This document shows positions 1 through 13,070 of a stretch of 64,000 bases of DNA, one piece after another. The notes beneath the pieces were generated by a model. That model saw only the letters and a program-made list of their open reading frames with translations. It searched no databases and was not told where the DNA came from. Both the position numbers and the translations under genes were made by a program. The stretch is from Balanoglossus misakiensis (lineage: Eukaryota > Animalia > Hemichordata), in NCBI GenBank assembly GCA_040954595.2, contig CM082589.2, forward strand, positions 5,267,186 through 5,331,185, written 5' to 3'. The number at the start of each line of letters is the position of its first letter. Position 1 is the stretch's first letter.

Positions 1-3000
1 TTGGGACGATTTTCATGGGCTATAACCCATGGTTTTTTATAAAAAATGAAGAAATTTTGATAATTCGCAAAGTCGAAAATCGTCATTTTGACGATTTTCA
101 TGGGCTATAACCCATGGTTTTATGAAAAATGAAGAAATTTTGATAATTCGCAAAGTCGAAAAATCGTCATTTGGATGATTTTCATGGGCTATAACCCATG
201 GTTTTTATGAAAAAATGAAGAAATTTTGATAATTCGCAAAAGTCGAAAATCGTCATTTTTGGACGATTTTCATGGGCTATAACCCATGGTTTTTATGAAA
301 AAATGAAGAAATTTTGATAATTCGCAAAGTCGAAAAATCGTCATTTTTGATGATTTCATGGGCTATAACCCATGGTTTTTATGAAAAAATGAAGAAATTT
401 TGATAATTCGCAAAGTCGAAAAATCGTCATTTTTGGATGATTTTCATGGGCTATACCCCATGGTTTTTATGAAAAAATGAAGAAATTTTGATAATTCGCA
501 AAGTCGAAAAATCGTCATTTTTGGATGATTTTCATGGGCTATAACCCATGGTTTTTATGAAAAAATGAAGAAATTTTGATAATTCGCAAAGTCGAAAAAT
601 CGTCATTTTGGATGATTTTCATGGGCTATAACCCATGGTTTTTATGAAAAAATGGAAGAAATTTGATAATTCGCAAAGTCGAAAATCGTCATTTTTGGAT
701 GATTTTCATGGGCTATAACCCATGGTTTTTATGAAAAAATGAAGAAATTTTGATAATTCGCAAAGTCGAAAAATCGTCATTTTTGGATGATTTTCATGGG
801 CTATAACCCATGGTTTTTATGAAAAAATGAAGAAATTTTGATAATTCGCAAAGTCGAAAAATCGTCATTTTTGGATGATTTTCATGGGCTATAACCCATG
901 GTTTTTATGAAAAAATGAAGAAATTTTGATAATTCGCAAAGTCGAAAAATCGTCATTTTTGGATGATTTTCATGGGCTATAAACCCATGGTTTTTATGAA
1001 AAATGAAGAAATTTTGATAATTCGCAAAGTCGAAAAATCGTCATTTTTGGATGATTTTCATGGGCTATAACCCATGGTTTTTATGAAAAAATGAAGAAAT
1101 TTTGATAATTCGCAAAGTCGAAAAATCGTCATTTTTGGATGATTTCATGGGCTATAACCCATGGTTTTTATGAAAAAATGAAGAAATTTTGATAATTCGC
1201 AAAGTCGAAAAATCGTCATTTTGGATGATTTTCATGGGCTATAACCCATGGTTTTATGAAAAAATGAAGAAATTTTGATAATTCGCAAAGTCGAAAAATT
1301 GTCATTTTTGGATGATTTTCATGGGCTATAACCCATGGTTGTTATGAAAAAAATGAAGAATTTTGATAATTCGCAAAGTCGAAAAATTGTCATTTTTGGA
1401 TGATTTTCATGGCTATAACCCATGGTTGTTATGAAAAAATGAAGAATTTTGATAATTCGCAAAGTCGAAAAATTGTCATTTTGGATGATTTTCATGGGCT
1501 ATAACCCATGGTTTTTATGAAAAAATGAAGAAATTTTGATAATTCGCAAAGTCGAAAAATAGTCATTTTTGGATGATTTTCATGGGCTATAACCCATGGT
1601 TTTATGAAAAAATGAAGAAATTTTTGATAATTCGCAAAGTCGAAAAATCGTCATTTTTGGATGATTTTCATGGGCTATAACCCATGGTTTTTATGAAAAA
1701 ATGAAGAAATTTTGATAATTCGCAAAGTCGAAAAATCGTCATTTTTGGATGATTTTCATGGGCTATAACCCATGGTTTTTATGAAAAAATGAAGAAATTT
1801 TGATAATTCGCAAAGTCGAAAAATCGTCATTTTTGGATGATTTTCATGGGCTATAACCCATGGTTTTTATGAAAAAATGAAGAAATTTTGATAATTCGCA
1901 AAGTCGAAAAATCGTCATTTTTGGATGATTTTCATGGGCTATAACCCATGGTTTTTATGAAAAAATGAAGAAATTTTGATAATTCGCAAAGTCGAAAAAT
2001 CGTCATTTTTGGATGATTTTCATGGGCTATAACCCATGGTTTTTATGAAAAAATGAAGAAATTTTGATAATTCGCAAAGTCGAAAAATTGTCATTTTTGG
2101 ATGATTTTCATGGGCTATAACCCATGGTTTTTATGAAAAAATGAAGAAATTTGATAAATCGCAAAGTCGAAAAATTGTCATTTTTGGATGATTTTCCATG
2201 GGCTATAACCCATGGTTTTTATGAAAAAATGAAGAAATTTGATAATTCGCAAAGTCGAAAATCGTCATTTTTGGATGATTTTCATGGGCTATAACCCATG
2301 GTTTTTATGAAAAAATGAAGAAATTTTGATAATTCGCAAAGTCGAAAAATCGTCATTTTTGGATGATTTTCATGGGCTATAACCCATGGTTTTTATGAAA
2401 AAATGAAGAAATTTTGATAATTCGCAAAGTCGAAAAATCGTCATTTTTGGATGATTTTCATGGGCTATAACCCATGGTTTTTATGAAAAAATGAGAAATT
2501 TTGATAATTCGCAAAGTCGAAAAATCGTCATTTTTGGATGATTTCATGGGCTATAACCCATGGTTTTTATGAAAAAAATGAAGAATTTTGATAATTCGCA
2601 AAGTCGAAAAATCGTCATTTTTGGATGATTTTCATGGGCTATAACCCATGGTTTTATGAAAAAAATGAAGAAATTTTGATAATTCGCAAAGTCGAAAAAT
2701 CGTCATTTTTGGATGATTTTCATGGGCTATAACCCATGGTTTTTATGAAAAATGAAGAAATTTTGATAATTCGCAAAGTCGAAAAATCGTCATTTTTGGA
2801 TGATTTTCATGGGCTATAACCCATGGTTTTTATGAAAAAATGAAGAAATTTTGATAATTCGCAAGTCGAAAAATCGTCATTTTTGATGATTTTCATGGCT
2901 ATAACCCATGGTTTTTATGAAAAAATGAAGAAATTTTGATAATTCGCAAAGTCGAAAAATCGTCATTTTTGGATGATTTTCATGGCTATAACCCATGGTT

Positions 3001-6000
3001 TTTATGAAAAATGAAGAAATTTTGATAATTCGCAAAGTCGAAAAATCGTCATTTTTGGATGATTTTCATGGGCTATAACCCATGGTTTTTATGAAAAAAT
3101 GAAAGAATTTTGATAATTCGCAAAGTCGAAAAATCGTCATTTTTGGATGATTTTCATGGCTATAACCCATGGTTTTTATGAAAAAATGAAGAAATTTTGA
3201 TAATTCGCAAAGTCGAAAAATCTGTCATTTTTGGATGATTTTCATGGGCTATAACCCATGGTTTTTATGAAAAAATAGAAATTTGATAATTCGCAAAGTC
3301 GAAAATAGTCATTTTGATGATTTTCATGGGCTATAACCCATGGTTTTTATGAAAAAATGAAGAAATTTTGATAATTCGCAAAGTCGAAAAATTGTCATTT
3401 TTGGATGATTTTCATGGGCTATAACCCATGGTTGTTATGAAAAAATGAAGAAATTTTGATAATTCGCAAAGTCGAAAAATTGTCATTTTTGGATGATTTT
3501 CATGGGCTATAACCCATGGTTGTTATGAAAAAATGAAGAAATTTTGATAATTCGCAAAGTCGAAAAATTGTCATTTTTGGATGATTTTCATGGGCTATAA
3601 CCCATGGTTTTTATGAAAAAATGAAGAAATTTTGATAATTCGCAAAGTCGAAAAATCGTCATTTTTGGATGATTTTCATGGGCTATAACCCATGGTTTTT
3701 ATGAAAAAATGAAGAAATTTTGATAATTCGCAAAGTCGAAAAATTGTCATTTTTGGATGATTTTCATGGGCTATAACCCATGGTTTTATGAAAAATGAAG
3801 AAATTTTGATAATTCCGCAAAGTCGAAAAATTGTCATTTTTGGATGATTTTCATGGGCTATAACCCATGGTTTTATGAAAAATGAAGAAATTTTGATAAT
3901 TCGCAAAGTCGAAAATTGTTCATTTTTGGATACTAAAACCAATGGGCTATAACCCATGGTTTTTATGAAAAAAAATAAAAAAATTTTGTATTCGCAAAGT
4001 GAAAATCTGTCATTTTTGGATTGATTTCATGGGCTTACACCATTGTTTTTTGAAAAAATGAAGAAATTACCATAAATGAAGAAATTTTGATAATTCGCAA
4101 AGTCGAAAAATCGTCATTTTTGGATGATTTTCATGGGCTATAACCCATGGTTTTTATGAAAAAATGAAGAAATTTTGATAATTCGCAAAGTCGAAAAATC
4201 GTCATTTTTGGATGATTTTCATGGGCTATAACCCATGGTTTTTATGAAAAAATGAAGAAATTTTGATAATTCGCAAAGTCGAAAAATCGTCATTTTTGGA
4301 TGATTTTCATGGGCTATAACCCATGGTTTTTATGAAAAAATGAAGAAATTTTGATAATTCGCAAAGTCGAAAAATCGTCATTTTTGGATGATTTTCATGG
4401 GCTATAACCCATGGTTTTTATGAAAAAATGAAGAAATTTTGATAATTCGCAAAGTCGAAAAATCGTCATTTTTGGATGATTTTCATGGGCTATAACCCAT
4501 GGTTTTTATGAAAAAATGAAGAAATTTTGATAATTCGCAAAGTCGAAAAATTGTCATTTTTGGATGATTTTCATGGGCTATAACCCATGGTTTTTATGAA
4601 AAAATGAAGAAATTTTGATAATTCGCAAAGTCGAAAAATTGTCATTTTTGGATGATTTTCATGTGCTATAACCCATGGTTTTTATGAAAAAATGAAGAAA
4701 TTTTGATAATTCGCAAAGTCGAAAAATCGTCATTTTTGGATGATTTTCATGGGCTATAACCCATGGTTTTTATGAAAAAATGAAGAAATTTTGATAATTC
4801 GCAAAGTCGAAAAATTGTCATTTTTGGATGATTTTCATGGGCTATAACCCATGGTTTTTATGAAAAAAATGAAGAAATTTTGATAATTCGCAAAGTCGAA
4901 AAATCGTCATTTTTGGATGATTTTCATGGGCTATAACCCATGGTTTTTATGAAAAAATGAAGAAATTTTGATAATTCGCAAAGTCGAAAAATTGTCATTT
5001 TTGGATGATTTTCATGGGCTATAACCCATGGTTTTTATGAAAAAATGAAGAAATTTTGATAATACGCAAAGTCGAAAAATCGTCATTTTTGGATGATTTT
5101 CATGGGCTATAACCCATGGTTTTTATGAAAAAATGAAGAAATTTTGATAATTCGCAAAGTCGAAAAATCGTCATTTTTGGATGATTTTCATGGGCTATAA
5201 CCCATGGTTTTTATGAAAAAATGAAGAAATTTTGATAATTCGCAAAGTCGAAAAATCGTCATTTTTGGATGATTTTCATGGGCTATAACCCATGGTTTTT
5301 ATAAAAAAATGAAGAAATTTTGATAACTCGCAAAGTCGAAAAATCGTCATTTTTGGATGATTTTCATGGGCTATAACCCATGGTTTTTATGAAAAAATGA
5401 AGAAATTTTGATAACTCGCAAAGTCGAAAAATCGTCATTTTTGGATGATTTTCATGGGCTATAACCCATGGTTTTTATGAAAAAATGAAGAAATTTTGAT
5501 AATTCGCAAAGTCGAAAAATCGTCATTTTTGGATGATTTTCATGGGCTATAACCCATGGTTTTTATGAAAAAATGAAGAAATTTTGATAATTCGCAAAGT
5601 CGAAAAATCGTCATTTTTGGATGATTTTCATGGGCTATAACCCATGGTTTTTATGAAAAAATGAAGAAATTTTGATAATTCGCAAAGTCGAAAAATCGTC
5701 ATTTTTGGATGATTTTCATGGGCTATAACCCATGGTTTTTATGAAAAAATGAAGAAATTTTGATAATTCGCAAAGTCGAAAAATCGTCATTTTTGGATGA
5801 TTTTCATGGGCTATAACCCATGGTTTTTATGAAAAAATGAAGAAATTTTGATAATTCGCAAAGTCGAAAAATCGTCATTTTTGGATGATTTTCATGGGCT
5901 ATAACCCATGGTTTTTATGAAAAAATGAAGAAATTTTGATAATTCGCAAAGTCGAAAAATCGTCATTTTTGGATGATTTTCATGGGCTATAACCCATGGT

Positions 6001-8981
6001 TTGTATGAAAAAATGAAGAAATTTTGATAATTCGCAAAGTCGAAAAATCGTCATTTTTGGATGATTTTCATGGGCTATAACCCATGGTTTTTATGAAAAA
6101 ATGAAGAAATTTTGATAATTCGCAAAGTCGAAAAATCGTCATTTTTGGATGATTTTCATGGGCTATAACCCATGGTTTTTATGAAAAAATGAAGAAATTT
6201 TGATAATTCGCAAAGTCGAAAAATCGTCATTTTTGGATGATTTTCATGGGCTATAACCCATGGTTTTTATGAAAAAATGAAGAAATTTTGATAATTCGCA
6301 AAGTCGAAAAATCGTCATTTTTGGATGATTTTCATGGGCTATAACCCATGGTTTTTATGAAAAAATGAAGAAATTTTGATAATTCGCAAAGTCGAAAAAT
6401 CGTCATTTTTGGATGATTTTCATGGGCTATAACCCATGGTTTTTATGAAAAAATGAAGAAATTTTGATAATTCGCAAAGTCGAAAAATCGTCATTTTTGG
6501 ATGATTTTCATGGGCTATAACCCATGGTTTTTATGAAAAAATGAAGAAATTTTGATAATTCGCAAAGTCGAAAAATTGTCATTTTTGGATGATTTTCATG
6601 GGCTATAACCCATGGTTTTTATGAAAAAATGAAGAAATTTTGATAATTCGCAAAGTCGAAAAATCGTCATTTTTGGATGATTTTCATGGGCTATAACCCA
6701 TGGTTTTTATGAAAAAATGAAGAAATTTTGATAATTCGCAAAGTCGAAAAATTGTCATTTTTGGATGATTTTCATGGGCTATAACCCATGGTTTTTATGA
6801 AAAAATGAAGAAATTTTGATAATTCGCAAAGTCGAAAAATCGTCATTTTTGGATGATTTTCATGGGCTATAACCCATGGTTTTTATGAAAAAATGAAGAA
6901 ATTTTGATAATTCGCAAAGTCGAAAAATCGTCATTTTTGGATGATTTTCATGGGCTATAACCCATGGTTTTTATGAAAAAATGAAGAAATTTTGATAATT
7001 CGCAAAGTCGAAAAATCGTCATTTTTGGATGATTTTCATGGGCTATAACCCATGGTTTTTATGAAAAAATGAAGAAATTTTGATAATTCGCAAAGTCGAA
7101 AAATCGTCATTTTTGGATGATTTTCATGGGCTATAACCCATGGTTTTTATGAAAAAATGAAGAAATTTTGATAATTCGCAAAGTCGAAAAATCGTCATTT
7201 TTGGATGATTTTCATGGGCTATAACCCATGGTTTTTATGAAAAAATGAAGAAATTTTGATAATTCGCAAAGTCGAAAAATCGTCATTTTTGGATGATTTT
7301 CATGGGCTATAACCCATGGTTTTTATGAAAAAATGAAGAAATTTTGATAATTCGCAAAGTCGAAAAATCGTCATTTTTGGATGATTTTCATGGGCTATAA
7401 CCCATGGTTTTTATGAAAAAATGAAGAAATTTTGATAATTCGCAAAGTCGAACAATCGTCATTTTTGGATGATTTTCATGGGCTATAACCCATGGTTTTT
7501 ATGAAAAAATGAAGAAATTTTGATAATTCGCAAAGTCGAAAAATCGTCATTTTTGGATGATTTTCATGGGCTATAACCCATGGTTTTTATGAAAAAATGA
7601 AGAAATTTTGATAATTCGCAAAGTCGAAAAATCGTCATTTTTGGATGATTTTCATGGGCTATAACCCATGGTTTTTATGAAAAAATGAAGAAATTTTGAT
7701 AATACGCAAAGTCGAAAAATTGTCATTTTTGGATGATTTTCATGGGCTATAACCCATGGTTTTTATGAAAAAATGAAGAAATTTTGATAATTCGCAAAGT
7801 CGAAAAATTGTCATTTTTGGATGATTTTCATGGGCTATAACCCATGGTTTTTATGAAAAAATGAAGAAATTTTGATAATTCGCAAAGTCGAATAATCGTC
7901 ATTTTTGGATGATTTTCATGGGCTATAACCCATGGTTTTTATGAAAAAATGAAGAAATTTTGATAATTCGCAAAGTCGAAAAATTGTCATTTTTGGATGA
8001 TTTTCATGGGCTATAACCCATGGTTTTTACGAAAAAATGAAGAAATTTTGATAATACGCAAAGTCGAAAAATTGTCATTTTTGGATGATTTTCATGGGCT
8101 ATAACCCATGTTTTTTATGAAAAAATGAAGAAATTTTGATAATTCGCAAAGTCGAAAAATTGTCATTTTTGGATGATTTTCATGGGCTATAACCCATGGT
8201 TTTTATGAAAAAATGAAGAAATTTTGATAATTCGCAAAGTCGAAAAATTGTCATTTTTGGATGATTTTCATGGGCTATAACCCATGGTTGTTATGAAAAA
8301 ATGAAGAAATTTTGATAATTCGCAAAGTCGAAAAATTGTCATTTTTGGATGATTTTCATGGGCTATAACCCATGGTTTTATGAAAAAATGAAGAAATTTT
8401 GATAATTCGCAAAGTCGAAAAATTGTCATTTTTGGATGATTTTCATGGGCTATAACCCATGGTTTTTATGAAAAAATGAAGAAATTTTGATAATTCGCAA
8501 AGTCGAAAAATTGTCATTTTTGGATGATTTTCATGTGCTATAACCCATGGTTTTTATGAAAAAATGAAGAAATTTTGATAATTCGCAAAGTCGAAAAATC
8601 GTCATTTTTGGATGATTTTCATGGGCTATAACCCATGGTTTTTATGAAAAAATGAAGAAATTTTGATAATTCGCAAAGTCGAAAAATTGTCATTTTTGGA
8701 TGATTTTCATGGGCTATAACCCACGGTTTTTATGAAAAAATGAAGAAATTTTGATAATTCGCAAAGTCGAAAAATTGTCATTTTTGGATGATTTTCATGG
8801 GCTATAACCCACGGTTTTTATGAAAAAATGAAGAAATTTTGATAATTCGCAAAGTCGAAAAATTGTCATTTTTGGATGATTTTCATGGGCTATAACCCAC
8901 GGTTTTTATGAAAAAATGAAGAAATTTTGATAATTCGCAAAGTCGAAAAATTGTCATTTTTGGATGATTTTCATGGGCTAT
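1..8981. repeat. Tandem satellite array, 88-bp monomer, about 100 copies in the window (continues off the left edge)
   Basis: Consensus GGATGATTTTCATGGGCTATAACCCATGGTTTTTATGAAAAAATGAAGAAATTTTGATAATTCGCAAAGTCGAAAAATCGTCATTTTT. Successive monomers start at e.g. 5531 and 5619 (88 bp apart). Head-to-tail with no spacers; ends abruptly at ...CATGGGCTAT (~8981). Confidence 0.98.
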
Positions 8982-9087
8982 CTCTATTGGCTTGGGTCCT
9001 TTCAATGCTGCTTGCAGCTTTAATTTTATGTTTGAGTTTCTATCTCTGTAGATCACAAAGACATAGAGTTGATAGGCAACATTGGAT

Positions 9088-12000
9088 ATGTATCACCTGG
9101 CAAGTCGCGTGTTTCTATTGCTATATCGTGTTAATGTTGCTTTTGCTGTATCTCAACAAGGTAAGTGTGGTGAAGATACGGTGACTACAATCTGCCTTTA
9201 AAAGAGTCTTGGGGTCAGTCTTATCTGGTGTGGCATGCTAACAGGGTACGCTTACCCATTCTGGACACATGGTACCACCACTCAGCAGTTTTTCAAGACG
9301 ATCCAGTTGAAATTGTCATTTTTCTCTCATTTTTTCTTGGACCTGATAACTAGCTTGCCTTGAATGATACTGATTATTGGACCTGATTTGATGTCTTATT
9401 TCAGTTACTTTCCGTCTACATTGCAAACCCCGCCAATTATTTGTTCCAACTCATATTTTATTTCTTTTTCTCAGAATGCGGCGGGAGATACCTCCTTAGA
9501 AATGGTGAGGCAGTTCGAATAAGTTCTCCAAACTATCCAGATGACTATGACAGCAACGTCAAGTGTACTTGGACCCTGAACAATACAGATGACGGAATTT
9601 TAAAGATTTGCTTCAGTGACTTTGAGATAGCCAAGTACAAGGACTTCGTTACAGTTAGTGATGAACATATAGATAATAGGAGAAGAGGAAAAAAGTATGT
9701 TTACTATGATAGTTTCCCCGGCAAGTTTGTATCGTCAGGAAATTTGGCTTGGATATATTTGCAGACAAATGAAAGAACGAATGCACGAGGATTTCGTTTA
9801 ACTGCAACTGCATTGGAAAGTGAGTAATGTTTCTTTTAACTACCTCTCAATAGCTACAAGTTATAATGCATATTCAGGCGAAATCAACGTTTGATAATTT
9901 TCATCTTAATTTCATCTCAAACTCGTGGTTTTCGCCGAGCCGTACAACTTCTCGCCTACGGCAGGGCTCCGGTAAAACCACTCGTATACGATGATGTCAA
10001 CAAAGACAAATATCATGGGATTGTATTTACACTGTAATTGTACAATAAAAATATTGTTCATCAGTGACGTGCGTTTAATCCCAACATTCAAATATGCCCA
10101 GGGCAAGATACTCGCTATTATAATTTTGTACCCCGTCATTTCTATGCATTTCTATCCAGACTATTTTTCTGCTTTGTCAATAAGATATTAATCATTATAT
10201 TTTGCTTTATGTGCCTCGTTTTTATCATGCAGGTTCCGCAATCCCTGTGGACGCATGTCCCACTACATCAGGTGTAAGTATTCAACCAAACACGTGACAG
10301 CTTAAAGCAATTTGAACTGTAACGTTAGAGCGCAGCCTTATACAATGACAAGCTACGACTGGACACAATGGCGATGGATTATTGTCCCTCTTGGGACAGT
10401 GGAGTCCAGTGCAGCACATCTATTGGGCAAGGAACAAGTGAATTTCAATTCAGAAAACGCTCCCCTGACGAGCAAATGTTTAAGTTAAGTGTTCTCAATC
10501 AAATTAAACAGAAAATGCGATAAGTTGAATTGACAAACCTAACGCTTTATTGTCATTTCCAAACTCCGACAGGTACTTGGAAACTTTTCTCAAGCATCTG
10601 CCATGATCAGGGGACTGACAGACGTGAACCCGTCTTTTCGCACAAGACGAGCCATGACTACAGGCAAGCGATTACACATTGTTGAGAAAAATGAAACGTT
10701 CTAGTTTGCGATGACCAGACGTTGGAAACAGTGCAATAAACATCACATATTTGAGCATCACATTTTAGTCTGTTGTTAAAATGATGTCCGATCGATAATT
10801 TATGCAAATTATGAATATTATAAAGGCCCCCTGTGGTTGTCTAGACCTCACGATGGCCGATATTTTCTTGGCTTGCAAGGAAAATATTTTTCAAATAAAG
10901 ATTCACATCTCTAAGAAACTGTTACAACGGGCTATATTTTACAGGAGAAATGAATATTGCTCATTCTGCTTTTCATGAAAATGTTTTCAATTCAAAATCT
11001 CGCAGAGATCCTGACGCTTCTGGATGAAGGCATTGTGTCTCTTCAGTCGCCGGTCGGCAATGACACAACAGACGTGGTGACCAAGTTCCTTCTGAACGCC
11101 ACGGTTTCCATGGCAAATTTTGTGCTACGCGGGATGGAACCCGGCAGCGGGCCAGTTACCATGGATTCGGAGTTCTTTCAATTTCATTTGGAAAGCGATT
11201 CGGTGATGCATCTTGCCGAAACCTCAATAATACTCCGAGGCGGCAATGGTGTGAAGTTTCCACCAGCAGAGAAGATGTTCTCCGATTCTGGAGCAAATGC
11301 TAACAGGATTGTAAGTGTCTTACCCTTGTTGTTCAACATTATCGCTTCCCTCTCTGTATATTTACTTACTTATACTGAACCACAATCTGTAAACGCACGC
11401 CAATGAATTGTATAATACATTTTCGCCCATAGGTTAGTGTTTTGAACAGAAGTTTGCTTCTTCAAGACGACGATGAAAGGAACAAATTTTCTAGAAAATT
11501 TGTGTTGAGCGTGTCGTTCAGTGACAGAGAAGGCAAAGAGTTAGAAGGTATTTATATCATCACGGTACCATCTTTTAATCGCACGACAAAAAATATCGCC
11601 AACAATGAAGCAATTCGATTTGCTGTTGCAAAACATTAGATTGGTGATACTGTATAGGGCGATATGAAAACAATGATCAGCCATATACACGATCCAACAC
11701 AACATTGAATCGCATTTTCTGAAAGAGAAGCTTTCACGAATTAGTTGTGTGATGAATATATTGTATAATATCTGGTACGAGTACGAATCGCATAAAATCT
11801 AACAATCCAAGATATGAATGAGCTCTACATAACGTGTTTTATTTGTAAATAGGATGACGCAATACATACTTTCTGTTCTGTATTAAATTTTTACATGAAC
11901 GTTATTTTCTATTCTCTCTTCCAGTGCAGGATACAAAAGAAGACATTGAGATTACGTTTCCTAGTGAAGCTCCTGATCCAGACACCGCCTCGTTGATCGA

Positions 12001-13014
12001 AGCTGTGTACATTGAAGCCCATGACGTCACATACTATGGATTTAATGCCGGGGTAGGTGAATAGATATTAAACAAGTGAAATCACGACGGGTGAACGAAT
12101 CACTGCCATGGTCACTGCTATCGGCGAGTCAATACATTACCAACAAGTGATAACATGCAAAAGGAAATAAAACACGCGGGGAATGGAGTTAAATACTATG
12201 TCATAAAAATTTTTCCGTGTTCAAATTTTTCATAAAATTAATACTATTCATTCTATATTCTGTGTCGCAGATAATGCGGTTGTTCACTGCAGTAATCATT
12301 AAGTTTGAAAATTCCGAACCTCTGTACGGATATACAATAGTGTACGTCTTCAATGAACAGACGGCTTACACTGACAAATACGTTGGATACCAGTTCACTG
12401 TTGAAATGGAATTTGGGGGAGATTACTCCACAGTGTTCATCCCAGAACACTATTTCTTAAGAACTGGGGAGTATTATTTCACATTTACCATTTCCCACAG
12501 TAAGTGTTCCTGTTTAAAATTTATGTTCACTGCATTCTGGTGTAGCACACGCATGTCGTTTATAGCACATTCATTAGCTGCAGCACCTTTATTAGTTGCC
12601 ATATGATAAATGTTGAAACGACAACCATGTCGTATAGAGTACAACTTCAATACGATACCCTAACCTTTTCAATTCCTTCCCTTCTGTAGAGCAAAATATC
12701 CAGTTTACATTCACTGTCATAGAGACCAGGTGTGATTATCTGAATATCCAGACTGATAGCTGGAAGAGTGACGGTTGCCAGGTATACACAATTGTTCCCC
12801 AAAAGATACTTTTTTTCATTTAGCCGAGTCAAATTTGCTGAAACCTAATCCTATAGGGAAGGTTTGCCTTTACCGCAATCTTGAGAGATTGAACCATTCC
12901 GTTCTTTTTAATCCGCAGGTTTCACCATTATCAAACGTCACCTCCACCGTGTGTCTGTGTAACCACCTGACGACTTTTACATCCGGAAAGGCGACAACAA
13001 TGAAATTACCCTAG
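9088..13014 (+). CDS. Secreted CUB-GAIN/GPS protein (polycystin-1-like/adhesion-GPCR ectodomain type, no TM), 10 coding exons, 504 aa
   Basis: Exons 9088-9160 (signal-peptide-like MYHLASRVFLLLYRVNVAFAVSQQ), 9475-9819 (CUB: ECGG...ISSPNYPDDYDSNVKCTW...GFRLT), 10233-10273, 10573-10663 (GC donor), 11006-11310, 11433-11547, 11925-12052, 12271-12499, 12690-12781 (CDYLNIQTDSWKSDGC), 12919-13014 (VSPLSNVTSTVCLCNHLTTF...stop). All phases are compatible; 1515 nt open. GPS motif C-x-W-x-GC...CxCxHL^TxF is present. Confidence 0.82.
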
Positions 13015-13034
13015 ACAGCGTTTTGGCTACCTGC

Positions 13035-13070
13035 TAACCCAGAATGCACTGCGATTTCCAACATGGCGGC
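13035..13070 (+). promoter_or_regulatory. ZNF143/Staf-like site plus YY1-like site
   Basis: TAACCCAGAATGCACTGCG (13035-13053) next to CCAACATGGCGGC (13058-13070). Motif resemblance only. Confidence 0.3.

Noticed and set aside
3676-3957. 93-aa ORF within the satellite
   Set aside because: Chance frame opened by indels in the repeat; the translation is itself repetitive.
1-8981. CRISPR-like array (palindromic repeats)
   Set aside because: Monomers are contiguous with no unique spacers, there are no cas genes, and the context is eukaryotic.
8927-9184. 85-aa hydrophobic ORF, or a 48-nt exon 9052-9099 with a GC donor
   Set aside because: The ORF starts in the satellite and gives the wrong phase for the CUB exon. 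The ATG-9088 frame with the canonical AAG|GTAAGT donor yields a signal peptide in the correct phase.
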